A stretch of DNA of 26,615 nt from a virus. Lineage: Duplodnaviria; Caudoviricetes. Each line of letters opens with the position of its first letter. The first letter of the stretch is position 1. The notes beneath the pieces are model-generated. The model was given only the letters and a program-made list of their open reading frames with translations. It did not search any database and was not told the DNA's origin. Shown here one piece after another: positions 6,870-16,858 of this stretch. Where the stretch lies: positions 1-26,615 of IMG/VR virus record IMGVR_UViG_3300020043_002699; one strand, written 5' to 3'. The position numbers and the translations under genes were made by a program.

Positions 6870-9098
6870 TTATCCTCCTAAGCGAGATTGATTATTTATT
6901 AATTGTTGTGCTTCTAAATTGCTTGACACTTGTGTACTTACAACATAGGCTTGAAGCGGTGGTTGTTGTTGGTTGGGTTGATTGCCCAAGAACGCGAAGT
7001 TGGCAGGTGAAGGTGGTGTTAATCCTCCCGTTCCTCCACCACCTACTGAAGGAGTTGAAAGACTTGCGCCTCCACCGCCCATAAATTTACTTACTCCACT
7101 TGCTACAATTGCTGCGATAGATGCTGCTGCGTTTAAGTTGTTCGCTGCAAACATTGGTGCTGCACTCGCTGCCGCCAATGGTAATGCTAATGGTCCAGAA
7201 GAAGAATAAAACGCTAATTGCTTTGCAAGAATTTCAGCATTTGCTGCTCTGTTACTCACTACTACTTTTGCAATAGCAAGACCTTTTTCAAGCGCAAAAG
7301 CCACATCTGCTGCCTTTTTATTTTTGGCGAAAAGTGTTCCTAATAAAGATATTGAGGAATTTGCTATATTCCATTTCGCTTCGGCAAGTTGTGTTTGGCT
7401 TTCAATTTCCCAATCAATTTGTTGCTTTTGTCTTTCTTTTTCTTTTTCTGCCGCTTTTTGTTTTTCTTCAAGAAGTTTTTCATCGGCATCTTGTTGTTGC
7501 TTTAATTTTAAAGCATTTGCTTCTTCATCAATTTTTGCTTGTTCCGCGTCACCTTTTTGAAGTATTTCTACAATATGTATGTTGTGTAATTCTTCAAGTT
7601 CTTCTAATTCTTTTTTAGATTTTTTAGCACGTATATAAGTTTCTCTTTGTATTTTATATTTTTCTTCTGCTTGATAAATCTCAGCCTCAATATCAGACAT
7701 TCCACGACGCTTAAATTGAGCAATGTCTTTTTCAATATCTGCAACATCTTGAGCAAGTTTTTTCTTGTCTTCTTCAATCTGTCTTAATCTTTCTTCACGT
7801 TTTCTTTTTGCTTCTGCATCGGCTTCTTCTTTTGCTCGTTTTTCAGCTTCTAATTTTGCTAATTCTTCTTCGGACTTTACAGCGTCCATTTTTGCCTTAG
7901 CAGATTTTACTAATAATCCTAATTCAGAAGTTCTACCAAACATAATTTGCTTGAGTTGTTCAATTTCTGAATTACCTGCATTTATTCTATCTTGAAGACC
8001 TTTTTTTAATTTACCTTCAATTGCTTCACGAGATTTGTATGAGTTATCAATCCAAGTTGATAAATCTCTTTCGGTAAGTAATCCTTGATTTTTTGCATCA
8101 ATTATTTCTTGTTGTGTGAAACTTTGTCTTGACAACATCGCATTCATAGCGTTGATGTCTAACATTTTGTTTTTTATTGTTTCAGCATCTTGTCTTGAAA
8201 GTGTTTTAATTGATTCAATCGCATCAAGCTCAGCTTTAGCAGCTTCATTTTTCTTTTGTTGTAATCCATAAGCTGCATCCGTTGTACGTTTTGCTTCTTC
8301 AACACCAGCATTAATTTTTCCTTCAAGTTGCGCTTGAAGAAGTTTTAAATCATAGATTGCTTGTTCTTTTACTTTTATTGCTTCTGTTCTTGCTTCTGTA
8401 TCTCCTTTTAGTGTAGCAAGTTTTTCTTCTTGAATAGCAATATCTATTTTCTTTTTAAGAATAGCAGTTTCTTGATTGTATTGACTTTCAATACTTATTC
8501 CTTTTGCTTTTTCAGTTGCAAGTTGAGTTTCTAAAATTCTTGCTTCATCTTGAAGTATTTGTTTTTGTTTTTCAAGTTTAGAAATGTCACTTGAATTTAT
8601 TAGTCCATTTAACTCTTTCCAATAAGCGACAATACCAACTAATGCACCTGCTATTCCAAGAAGTGGATTTTGAGCCACTAAACTAAATAATCCTTTTATA
8701 GCACTTTTTGCAGCACCTAACATTTCTTTAAAGCCATTTGTGATGTCTTCTGGCTTTAATTTTTTTAGGTTAGTTCCAAATAATGAAATTGATTGTGATA
8801 ATCCAGTAAAATCCAAATTTCTCATTTGCTCACCCATAAGACCAAACGAAGTCCGTAAACCTTCTATTGCTGGACCTGTATTTGCTCTTACTGCATTAGC
8901 AGTCTGATTTAATTGATCTTTTAACTGTCCTGCTCTTGCTGCAGCCTTTTGAAATTCAATAGATTTTGAATCCATTGATTGCATCTGCTTTTGTAAATCA
9001 TTTAATTCACGTTTAGCATCATTCGCCGCTTCAGTTGTTTCATTTAAATATGTAATTGCATTACCGCTTACATTAAATTGTTTTGTTGTTGCCGCCAT
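6870..9098 (-). CDS. Tape measure protein
   Basis: 742 aa, long E/K/A-rich helical/coiled-coil stretch, hydrophobic segments, Gly-rich linker and a C-terminal AYVVS.V motif. Confidence 0.8.
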   Translation of the reverse strand: MAATTKQFNVSGNAITYLNETTEAANDAKRELNDLQKQMQSMDSKSIEFQKAAARAGQLKDQLNQTANAVRANTGPAIEGLRTSFGLMGEQMRNLDFTGLSQSISLFGTNLKKLKPEDITNGFKEMLGAAKSAIKGLFSLVAQNPLLGIAGALVGIVAYWKELNGLINSSDISKLEKQKQILQDEARILETQLATEKAKGISIESQYNQETAILKKKIDIAIQEEKLATLKGDTEARTEAIKVKEQAIYDLKLLQAQLEGKINAGVEEAKRTTDAAYGLQQKKNEAAKAELDAIESIKTLSRQDAETIKNKMLDINAMNAMLSRQSFTQQEIIDAKNQGLLTERDLSTWIDNSYKSREAIEGKLKKGLQDRINAGNSEIEQLKQIMFGRTSELGLLVKSAKAKMDAVKSEEELAKLEAEKRAKEEADAEAKRKREERLRQIEEDKKKLAQDVADIEKDIAQFKRRGMSDIEAEIYQAEEKYKIQRETYIRAKKSKKELEELEELHNIHIVEILQKGDAEQAKIDEEANALKLKQQQDADEKLLEEKQKAAEKEKERQKQQIDWEIESQTQLAEAKWNIANSSISLLGTLFAKNKKAADVAFALEKGLAIAKVVVSNRAANAEILAKQLAFYSSSGPLALPLAAASAAPMFAANNLNAAASIAAIVASGVSKFMGGGGASLSTPSVGGGGTGGLTPPSPANFAFLGNQPNQQQPPLQAYVVSTQVSSNLEAQQLINNQSRLGG

Positions 9099-9099
9099 T

Positions 9100-9318
9100 T
9101 TAGAAGAAGATTATATATAATAGAAATATCCAAAACGCGTAGTTTACAGGAATTACGACAAACTTATATAAATTGTAAACCAACTTTGATAATTGTCGCT
9201 TTCCGTTCGCCATCTTACCGAACTCTGTTTCAGTCTTGATATTCAATTTCAAGAACTCCAAACAAGCCAACATTGCGTCTGCTTTATTTTGAAGATGTAG
9301 CTGTGAAGTTTGTTCCAT
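9100..9318 (-). CDS. Small membrane protein (72 aa)
   Basis: C-terminal hydrophobic helix FVVIPVNYAFWIFLLYIIFF; fills the gap before the tape measure gene. Confidence 0.6.
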   Translation of the reverse strand: MEQTSQLHLQNKADAMLACLEFLKLNIKTETEFGKMANGKRQLSKLVYNLYKFVVIPVNYAFWIFLLYIIFF

Positions 9319-11950
9319 TTGAAATAATTGTTATTGTGTCTCTTAATGCGCTTAATCCTACCGAACCACTACCTTCAACCGTCTCACCTGTGTATGCTTG
9401 AATTGTCACTCCGTTAGCCGCTGCGCTTTTCTGAATTATCAATTCACGACCTGCTGTTGTCGTTGCAGAAGGTAAATAAATTGTGATACTTCCGCCTGTC
9501 GTATCTGCGAAAATCATTCGGTCGTAATTCGTTACAACGTAGTCCGTCGTTATGGTCTTAACAGGTTGAGACACTCCTGCGTTAAATTGAACAGGTGCGC
9601 CAAATCGCGTTGGTGCAAGTGAAGGAGCTTGTGCTGTGATGAAAGAACGCGTTCCGTTGTTTGGTTGTGAGTAGCAATTGTTCTTTGCGCTGTTCCAATT
9701 GTAGCCGAAACGCAGACAGCAGTCTTCTGTTATTGTAGCTTCTGCGCCCTCTGGTGTTTCCCAATTAAGACTTTGGTCAAGGTTAGCAGATACCGGTATA
9801 AGGTCGCAGTCGTTGTCTATGTCTAACACGCGAATGAGTTTTACTTTCGTCATATCCTGTTCGCCGACAACATAACCTTCGATGTCCAACACGCGCCACC
9901 AAGAATCTATTATCCAAATCTTGTCGCTGAATTGAAACGTGAAGATGTCGTTCAAAGTAAGTGCAAACATTCCTTCTAAAATGCGAGCTTGTCCGTCATA
10001 TAACTCGCGGTAGTAATTTCTCCACCAACGATTGTATAAGTTGTTGTATGGATTCGCCACGATCGTGTGCGGTGGTATTTCGGGAGCGAAGTTTAAGTCG
10101 CTATCTGACACCGTTGCGTTCATTGTCGAGTAATTGTTCAAACACTTAACCGCTGTTTGCACTACGCTATCTGAAACCTCGTCGTACATATTGACGAAGA
10201 AGTCAGCGAAGTAGTAAAGGATGCGTGGCTTCGGTTGAACAAAGTTGCCTTCTGCGTTTGTAAAAACAGGAACAACAAGGTCTGTGCTTTGAATAGGTGC
10301 TGAAGGTGTAGACGCAAATGCTAACTCAACCTTCTCTTCACCTGTCGCAAACTCATTGATTACTTCGAAATCGTTTTCTGTCACTTCATAACGTCCGTAC
10401 ACGCGACCATTGTCTTTGTATATAGAATTATAATAGTCTCCGTCTTCCGCGTATGTGAACGTGAACTTAGCCTTTTGTAGGTCTGTTGTTGGATAGTATG
10501 TAATGTCTTTCGATAAGTCTAATTTGTGCGACCAATCGAGCGTGTTTCCGCTTGCGATATACTCAACCATTGGTTCTATTCGAAGCGTGTTCGGAAGCGT
10601 CTTATCTGCAACGAAGACAAGGTTGAACATCTTTTGTATTGAAGTTATGAAATCAATTTGCTTCATATCTGGAGCGTTGAACTCCATAAGAACTGTGTCA
10701 CCTGTTAACGCTGTTCCAACGCTTACAAGTTCAACACCTGTTCCTGTGTAGTCATTTGCTCCGTTACCTATTAAATTAATTGTTGCTGAAGGTTGCGCTC
10801 CATTAGCAATTGCAGAAGGATTATATTGCCATTGTATTTTTAATGTGTCACCTGCATTTAACGATAGCGTCTTTGTAAAGTCCGTATTGAATGTTGCATC
10901 TGTTGTAGTTCCTAATGGTGGAACTAATTGTATTTGGTCGAACAAATTTGTTACTACGTCATTGATTAAAAATATAAATGTATTCGTAATATTTAAATTT
11001 GTATTTGCGTTATTTTGACTTGCATCTCCGTGCATCCAAACGCGAAAAGTAAATTCTCCTGTAAATGGAGCGGTATAAACACCACCACTCCAATCATTAC
11101 CAGCGTCTTCGTATTCAACAAAGTCGTTATATAAATCATAAGTTCCATTAGTTGCTGTCAAAACAATTCCTGTGGAATCTGTTGACAATGCCAAAATACT
11201 TGCAATGTCGTTTAATCCTAACGCACTATTCAAATATTGACCATTCACAAAAGGAACATAAACGTCTTCAAGTATTTCTCCAAGATAATCACTTGAATAC
11301 TGCAAACCTGCGTCGTTCATTATTTGGTCGAACAAGTATTGCGCCTTAACCGCAGGTGTCATATGACCAACGTACAAAGGTTTATATGTGTCAAACGTAG
11401 TGTCAGAAGGTGAATAAACAGGTTGCCCTTCCGTGTTGTAACTTGTTAAATTCCACTTATCGCAAAGCGTTAATATCGTGTGCGCGTTAGGTGGTGTTTC
11501 AACGTATTCGTGGAGTAAATCGTAGTCAAGGTCACCTGCTACAATGCTCTCAATATCTTTCAACTTTTTCTCGTTGAGCAAGCGTGCAAGGTTTGGTACT
11601 TCACCGAAAAATACAATCTCGAATTCGAACAACTTACCACTTTGCCAATACAACTTTTTCACCTGAATATGTCCGCTTGCGATTGGAATTGTGTTCACCG
11701 TCAACACCGCGTCAACCTTCTTTCTAAAGTCAAACCAACCGTCGAAGTTTACGTTGAAGATAGCACCGAAAAAGTCGGTGTTTGTCTTACTCGCTGGAAC
11801 GCGAAACTCTCGCGAGTAGTTACCCACAGAAGCGAAGTCTGTAATGTCCGTGAACTTATAGTTCAAGTGCATCTTCTCGTTCTCGTAAAGGTCGAGAATC
11901 GCGCTGTTGCCGTTGCTATCGGTAAGCGTTAGTATTACTTCGTTCATCAT
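9284..11950 (-). CDS. Large tail tip/baseplate protein (888 aa)
   Basis: LDLYENE, YSREFRVPAS..N, FI.SIQKMFNLV and IEP motifs; C-terminal beta domain (DTTGGSITIYLPSA). Confidence 0.75.
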   Translation of the reverse strand: MMNEVILTLTDSNGNSAILDLYENEKMHLNYKFTDITDFASVGNYSREFRVPASKTNTDFFGAIFNVNFDGWFDFRKKVDAVLTVNTIPIASGHIQVKKLYWQSGKLFEFEIVFFGEVPNLARLLNEKKLKDIESIVAGDLDYDLLHEYVETPPNAHTILTLCDKWNLTSYNTEGQPVYSPSDTTFDTYKPLYVGHMTPAVKAQYLFDQIMNDAGLQYSSDYLGEILEDVYVPFVNGQYLNSALGLNDIASILALSTDSTGIVLTATNGTYDLYNDFVEYEDAGNDWSGGVYTAPFTGEFTFRVWMHGDASQNNANTNLNITNTFIFLINDVVTNLFDQIQLVPPLGTTTDATFNTDFTKTLSLNAGDTLKIQWQYNPSAIANGAQPSATINLIGNGANDYTGTGVELVSVGTALTGDTVLMEFNAPDMKQIDFITSIQKMFNLVFVADKTLPNTLRIEPMVEYIASGNTLDWSHKLDLSKDITYYPTTDLQKAKFTFTYAEDGDYYNSIYKDNGRVYGRYEVTENDFEVINEFATGEEKVELAFASTPSAPIQSTDLVVPVFTNAEGNFVQPKPRILYYFADFFVNMYDEVSDSVVQTAVKCLNNYSTMNATVSDSDLNFAPEIPPHTIVANPYNNLYNRWWRNYYRELYDGQARILEGMFALTLNDIFTFQFSDKIWIIDSWWRVLDIEGYVVGEQDMTKVKLIRVLDIDNDCDLIPVSANLDQSLNWETPEGAEATITEDCCLRFGYNWNSAKNNCYSQPNNGTRSFITAQAPSLAPTRFGAPVQFNAGVSQPVKTITTDYVVTNYDRMIFADTTGGSITIYLPSATTTAGRELIIQKSAAANGVTIQAYTGETVEGSGSVGLSALRDTITIISNGTNFTATSSK

Positions 11951-13179
11951 AAGCCAACAGGTTGTGAGTATTTAAGATTCAAAGTAACGTTGTATAATTT
12001 AGAATAGCGTTCGTCCTTGATAACAAAGTTTTGAGTATCCACAAGAACAGGAACTTGTGTTCCGTCGTCATTGATTATAAACACGTCGTTTGAACGACAC
12101 AAAGTCTGCAACAGGTTAAACTCTCCAACGCTTACCCAGTCGCTGTTTATTTGCAGTCCTTTCGTCGTTGTGACGTATCTGTCCGTTGTTCCTCTGTCGT
12201 AGGTGTTGAATCCAAACGTTGAAGCGTTGTAACTTCCAACTACTTTTTGATATTGCTTACGATCGTAGTTGAACGACAACTCGCTCTTCTTCGTGAAGTT
12301 GAAGTAATCAATACCACCGCAAGTATTCGTCCAACCCAGACGAACATTGTCAAAACGACAATCATCGTCGACAAGGTAAAAACAATACACGCGTGAAAAA
12401 GGTGTGTAAACAGGAAAAGAAGTAACTTCACCCGCTTGGATAGTGTAGTATTTAACGTCAGTAAAGTCATAACCGTCGGTTATTAGGTTTGAAGGATAAG
12501 CACCCACACGAGCAACCGCATTGTTGTCCGTTGGTAGTGTGTAGTAATTGCTATCAATCAACGTGTCTGTGTCGTCGTATAAAGAGACAATTAAAGAATC
12601 TGCATTGTTACCTATCAGACCATTAAAACAAGGTGCGTATAATTGTCCAAAATCAGCTAATCGCGTAGGTATGTACACCCAATCGTTTGAAAGACCACGC
12701 GAAGGTGCTTCAATCCATTTGTGAGTTTCGTTGGTACGTTCACTCATCATATAAGAATTGGTTGTAAACAAACCATATCTATCAGTTGGATTCGGTTTGT
12801 ATCCGTCGCTCACTTGATATTCAGCAAGGAAAGCATACACGTCGTCAATGTCAGCCATACCCGAACCACTTACCGTGAACACTCCGTCGACCAACCACCC
12901 TTCTTTTATTGTGCAAGAGATATTTGCAACGCTGTGGTATTCAACATTGATTCCTTCGTTTGCTGCTCCTTCGCGGTGTTTTAATGATTCACGAAAGATA
13001 GGCGCAAGGTCTAAGATTCCTTTGTTCGAAGCATTGGGTTGAACATTGACTTGGAACGAACCGAAGTCGAACACGAAACGGAAGCCTGCGTTAGCCACAT
13101 TCGTTGAAGATGCAACGAGCATAAGTCGCTGACCTATTGGTGTGTATTGATATGGTTGATCGTCTATTGTAATTGCCAT
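11947..13179 (-). CDS. Tail structural protein (410 aa)
   Basis: W.N..GGIDYFNF motif and C-terminal INSDW..L..S; coupled to the tail tip gene. Confidence 0.7.
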   Translation of the reverse strand: MAITIDDQPYQYTPIGQRLMLVASSTNVANAGFRFVFDFGSFQVNVQPNASNKGILDLAPIFRESLKHREGAANEGINVEYHSVANISCTIKEGWLVDGVFTVSGSGMADIDDVYAFLAEYQVSDGYKPNPTDRYGLFTTNSYMMSERTNETHKWIEAPSRGLSNDWVYIPTRLADFGQLYAPCFNGLIGNNADSLIVSLYDDTDTLIDSNYYTLPTDNNAVARVGAYPSNLITDGYDFTDVKYYTIQAGEVTSFPVYTPFSRVYCFYLVDDDCRFDNVRLGWTNTCGGIDYFNFTKKSELSFNYDRKQYQKVVGSYNASTFGFNTYDRGTTDRYVTTTKGLQINSDWVSVGEFNLLQTLCRSNDVFIINDDGTQVPVLVDTQNFVIKDERYSKLYNVTLNLKYSQPVGL

Positions 13180-13180
13180 T

Positions 13181-13783
13181 TTATTGTATGTCGTTTAGTT
13201 GATTCTCTATTGTTGCTTCAAAGTCTTTCGCGTATGCTGCTACTACCTTTGCTTCGTATTCGTCCCAAATGTTTTCGTATGCGTAGTCGAATGCTTTCCA
13301 CCCTTTGATTCCGTCACGACGAACTTTGAACATTATGAGTTTCGCCACTTCCATTTTCAATTGTTCTGTCGTCTTCTTGAACTTACCGCTTTTTTGACGT
13401 AGGCGAATACCTTTTATTGTCATCCAATCGTAGATAGCCTTTTGCATTGGAGACATCTGACCCTTCGCAGGTTTGCTTCCAGAACCTTTTTTGAATGAGT
13501 ATGGCGCACCTTGCGATTTCTGCGTTCCATTCACACCATTCTCACGAAACAAGAAATACTTACCTGCCTTCCCTTTCGCGTAGACTGAAACGTTGATGTT
13601 TTGACCTTTGATTTGCAGTCTATATTTCAAAGACTTTTCGAGCGTACCACTTGCAACCGCGTTAGTAAAGTTCTTGCCGACCTTTCGCTTCATACGATAG
13701 TCAGACTGCATCAACTCGACAAAGCGTTTAGCCATATCGTTGACCACAGCGAAGAAGTTTGGTGCGCTCTGTTCGTTAGGCAT
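13181..13783 (-). CDS. Putative tail completion/neck protein (basic, 200 aa)
   Basis: ASGTL..SL, GVNGT, IYDW...KGIR and GIKG motifs; located in the tail module. Confidence 0.55.
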   Translation of the reverse strand: MPNEQSAPNFFAVVNDMAKRFVELMQSDYRMKRKVGKNFTNAVASGTLEKSLKYRLQIKGQNINVSVYAKGKAGKYFLFRENGVNGTQKSQGAPYSFKKGSGSKPAKGQMSPMQKAIYDWMTIKGIRLRQKSGKFKKTTEQLKMEVAKLIMFKVRRDGIKGWKAFDYAYENIWDEYEAKVVAAYAKDFEATIENQLNDIQ

Positions 13784-13901
13784 CTTTCTCTGCTTCCTCT
13801 TTTATCTTGTTGAAAAATTGAATCAATGGTAAGCCAAATTTCACTGGCATCTCTTGAATGAAAGCATCTAACTGCTTCAAATGTTCCTCTGTTAAGTTCA
13901 T
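13776..13901 (-). CDS. Small helical protein (41 aa), not in ORF track
   Basis: MNLTEEHLKQLDAFIQEMPVKFGLPLIQFFNKIKEEAEKDA*; exactly fills the gap downstream of the fibre-associated gene. Confidence 0.7.
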   Translation of the reverse strand: MNLTEEHLKQLDAFIQEMPVKFGLPLIQFFNKIKEEAEKDA

Positions 13902-13902
13902 A

Positions 13903-14157
13903 TTAGAAAGATAAAATTGTTACACCTATTGCTTTTGCCACGCACTCGGTTACCCACTCGTTGTCCGTTCCCCACGCTGCGAACTCATCTTCGGTTAAAG
14001 TGTAGTTACCATTCGAAAGCACTGTGCCTTCTTCCGTCTTTAATTCGTAGTAAGTAGTGCAAGTTGTTGCGCTCGTTTCGAAGTTGAGAATGAGAACACT
14101 CATTTCTGTTGCTGTTCCTACGTTGAGAGGAAATGTGATTGGTTGAATTTTAGCCAT
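13903..14157 (-). CDS. Small acidic fibre-associated protein (84 aa)
   Basis: Directly follows the fibre gene; GNYTLT..EF..WG.DN motif. Confidence 0.6.
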   Translation of the reverse strand: MAKIQPITFPLNVGTATEMSVLILNFETSATTCTTYYELKTEEGTVLSNGNYTLTEDEFAAWGTDNEWVTECVAKAIGVTILSF

Positions 14158-14163
14158 TGTTTA

Positions 14164-16611
14164 TTATATTAAAGTGAATGTTTTTGTTACTCCGCCTATT
14201 CTCATTTTTATATCAGTTCCATCAAACCAAATGTCGCCGTTTACAGGTGAGGTAGGTGCTGTTCCGCTTGGCATTCTTAACGATGCTTTAGCCGTTGTGG
14301 CTGCGCCTAAAATTGTAATTCCTGCCGTTACTTCAATTGCTCTCCAATCTGCTGCTGCTGTTAGTGTTGGATTGATGTAAAGCCCTCGTGTGACTCCATT
14401 TGCACCACCTGTTTGGTTGATGGTTGGAGTTAATTTTAAAGCATTAAAGGAAGGTGTGCCGCTTACAGATGTTGGCGCGTATATTCCCGTAAATTGTCCA
14501 AACCCTTGCTCGTTACTTGCTGAATTTAATGTGTTGTAAGATTGTGCGTCAACTACATATCCCGAACCACCTATTAAATTTGAGCGAAGATTTACATTAT
14601 TGCCCAAACTTGCTACTGCAAAACCACTACTTATGAAAAAATTGTTTTGAATCCTCGCCGTTCCATTCACATCTAACTTGTAACCTGCGTCTGTTGTTGT
14701 GCCGATGGCGAAGTTTCCGTTGGCGAAGATTCTTGCACGTTCAGTATTGTTTGTCCATAATTGCAATGGATGATTACTAACAACACGCAAAGCAGCACTT
14801 CCGCCATTGCTTGAATCTCTCCTAACCTGCAACCACATTTCAGGAAATCCACCACCAAATCCAGTTCCTACTAAAACTTTTGCAAGAGCATACAATTCAA
14901 CGCTTGAAGTGGTGTTTGAATTTTGAAATCTTAATTGTGGAATTAAATTATCATCAGTACCAGCATATGTTCCTTGAATATGCATCGTTGAAACTGGCGA
15001 AGCCGTACCAACCCCAAACCTATTATTCGTATTATCAAAGAATAAGTTTGCGTTGTCCTGCGCTATTGTTGTGCCGTTGCTGAATAATACGCTGCCGCTT
15101 GTTAAAGCAGGAAGGTTGAAAGGTGTGTAGCCCAAAGCACTTGCAATAGTTTCATTCTTCCAAAGGCTTGTTGCGCTGTCGTAAAATAACCCCTCGTTGT
15201 TTGCAGGTGAAGTGATTGACACGTTGTGCAACTCGTCCAACTCATAGCCGTTATCCACCTTCACGAAAATCTTTCCATTATTCGCGTGAGCGTAAACCAC
15301 ATAACCAATAATGATTGTGTGAGTTGGTGCGGAAGGCTTCACATTTGTAATGCGTCCCGACGTTGTACCACTCAAATAAAGAATATCTCCGTCAACCCAC
15401 GTTTCACCCTGCAATGAACCCGTTGTATTGATTCCTTTTACCTCACCGCTTGTTGTTACAAATCCTTCTTGGTTGTTGTTTATCGTTTCGGTAACAAGTC
15501 CTATTGTCGTGGCTGAGTCTGCGTCTGTATCCGCAAGTGCTAACACGACGGCTAATCGTTGACCTTGCGCACCACCTTCGGCAACAAGACGAACGCGAAC
15601 CGCTTGATAATTTGCTTCGAGTAAATTAGAACCCGACTTGTTTACTACACGAATAACGCTTTCTTGTCCTACTTGTAAAGTTACGTTTCCACCTTTCAAT
15701 CCTACGTCAACCGTTCCATCTGTGTCGTTCCAACGCATAACGCCAACCCCTGCCGTTCCTGTTGGTGTTTGGTCGAACTCAATCTGTCCCGCCTTCAACT
15801 CATATTCGCCTAAGTCAACGTTGCCTGTTGCGCCTGTGTAAGGTACTTTGTTCGTCTCCAAAGATGAAATGTCGCTCTGCAAGTCGGTAACGTCAGTCTG
15901 CAATAAATCAATAGCTGCTTCAATGTCGATAATCGTCTGGCAAGAAGGAAGCGTTACGCACGTTAAACCTACTTCGTCAGTCAACAAGTACCAACCGCGC
16001 ACCCCTTCGTCATTCGTTCCATAGTAGTAGTTAGGCGAAGGTTCTGCCTCGTCGTTAACTAAAGAAACATTTCCATTCTCGTCGCGTGTTATGCTATCTA
16101 TGAACGTTAAAATTGATCCTGTGCCACCGCTTCCGCTTTCGAAGAAGTCGTTCCACTCAGCAGGGATAGAACAAGCGTCCCAATAATAAGGGACAAGAAG
16201 GTCAAGACTTACCGTCCAACCCGTCAATGTGTGTTGAAACTCTTCAAGGAATGGTTCTAACGAAACATTTTGAACCGTGATTAAGTCACCGAACAAAACG
16301 CGGTGGTTTGTAATCTCGGCAATTAAGTCTTCTGCTATTCTTTGAAGGTCTGATAACGCTTCGCGCTGATATTCGCTCTTGTCTTCTTTGTCACGAGGCA
16401 AATCCGCAAGGACAATCTGAAAACTGAAAGTCTTCATCCCTTGCGAATAGGTCACGTTGGAAGGAATGACGTGCATAAATGGATATTCACCAAACTTTTC
16501 TAAGTCAGAGACTTCGATTTGTCCGTGTGAAAATCTTTTCAGTATAAAGTGTCCAGAAGCAAATGCTTTGAACCTATCGATTAAGGCGTTGTAACTTTGA
16601 ATGTTGGACAT
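14164..16611 (-). CDS. Tail terminator-like domain fused to a fibre/appendage protein (815 aa)
   Basis: N-terminal ~150 aa (YP.MHV, LEPF.E.F...LTGW...L) is terminator-like. It is followed by a GSGGTGS linker, a coiled coil, a cement-like domain, GYELDELHNV and FGVGT/FAIGT..LDVNG fibre repeats. Confidence 0.75.
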   Translation of the reverse strand: MSNIQSYNALIDRFKAFASGHFILKRFSHGQIEVSDLEKFGEYPFMHVIPSNVTYSQGMKTFSFQIVLADLPRDKEDKSEYQREALSDLQRIAEDLIAEITNHRVLFGDLITVQNVSLEPFLEEFQHTLTGWTVSLDLLVPYYWDACSIPAEWNDFFESGSGGTGSILTFIDSITRDENGNVSLVNDEAEPSPNYYYGTNDEGVRGWYLLTDEVGLTCVTLPSCQTIIDIEAAIDLLQTDVTDLQSDISSLETNKVPYTGATGNVDLGEYELKAGQIEFDQTPTGTAGVGVMRWNDTDGTVDVGLKGGNVTLQVGQESVIRVVNKSGSNLLEANYQAVRVRLVAEGGAQGQRLAVVLALADTDADSATTIGLVTETINNNQEGFVTTSGEVKGINTTGSLQGETWVDGDILYLSGTTSGRITNVKPSAPTHTIIIGYVVYAHANNGKIFVKVDNGYELDELHNVSITSPANNEGLFYDSATSLWKNETIASALGYTPFNLPALTSGSVLFSNGTTIAQDNANLFFDNTNNRFGVGTASPVSTMHIQGTYAGTDDNLIPQLRFQNSNTTSSVELYALAKVLVGTGFGGGFPEMWLQVRRDSSNGGSAALRVVSNHPLQLWTNNTERARIFANGNFAIGTTTDAGYKLDVNGTARIQNNFFISSGFAVASLGNNVNLRSNLIGGSGYVVDAQSYNTLNSASNEQGFGQFTGIYAPTSVSGTPSFNALKLTPTINQTGGANGVTRGLYINPTLTAAADWRAIEVTAGITILGAATTAKASLRMPSGTAPTSPVNGDIWFDGTDIKMRIGGVTKTFTLI

Positions 16612-16858
16612 AATTGTAGTCTATTAGGTAAGTCATATAAGTAAATATTTCCCAAGCGCTTTTTTCCGTAATTGCGTCCAACTTTGTTATATCGCGCCCG
16701 CACGCTTCCATAAAAAGGTGGTACCAACCGTACCTTCCTAACACTTGGTTTAGGTTGTCTCGGTCTTCAATTGCTCCGTCAACTCCTCCGTCAACTTCTT
16801 CACCTCGTTCTCCAAATAATCGAGCGAAGTGTTGCTTAGTTCGGTTAGCAAAGTCGAA
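16574..16858 (-). CDS. -1 frameshift extension of the tail assembly chaperone (gpT analogue)
   Basis: Open -1 frame of 94 codons directly after T TTT TTT: FDFANRTKQHFARLFG...RYGWYHLFMEACGRDITKLDAITEKSAWEIFTYMTYL...LNR*. Confidence 0.8.
   Translation of the reverse strand, partial: FDFANRTKQHFARLFGERGEEVDGGVDGAIEDRDNLNQVLGRYGWYHLFMEACGRDITKLDAITEKSAWEIFTYMTYLIDYNYVQHSKLQRLNR

Noticed and set aside
14164-15000. Possible diversity-generating retroelement target at the fibre C-terminus
   Set aside because: No reverse transcriptase and no template/variable repeat pair seen in the window.
3090-16611. Portal and terminator/fibre proteins both begin MSNIQ
   Set aside because: Only five residues, with different Ser codons and no further similarity; probably chance.
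16774-16797. Tandem CTCCGTCAACT repeat in the chaperone gene
   Set aside because: A 12-bp coding duplication (LTEE/LTEQ in frame 0, VDGG/VDGA in frame -1); no independent function evident.
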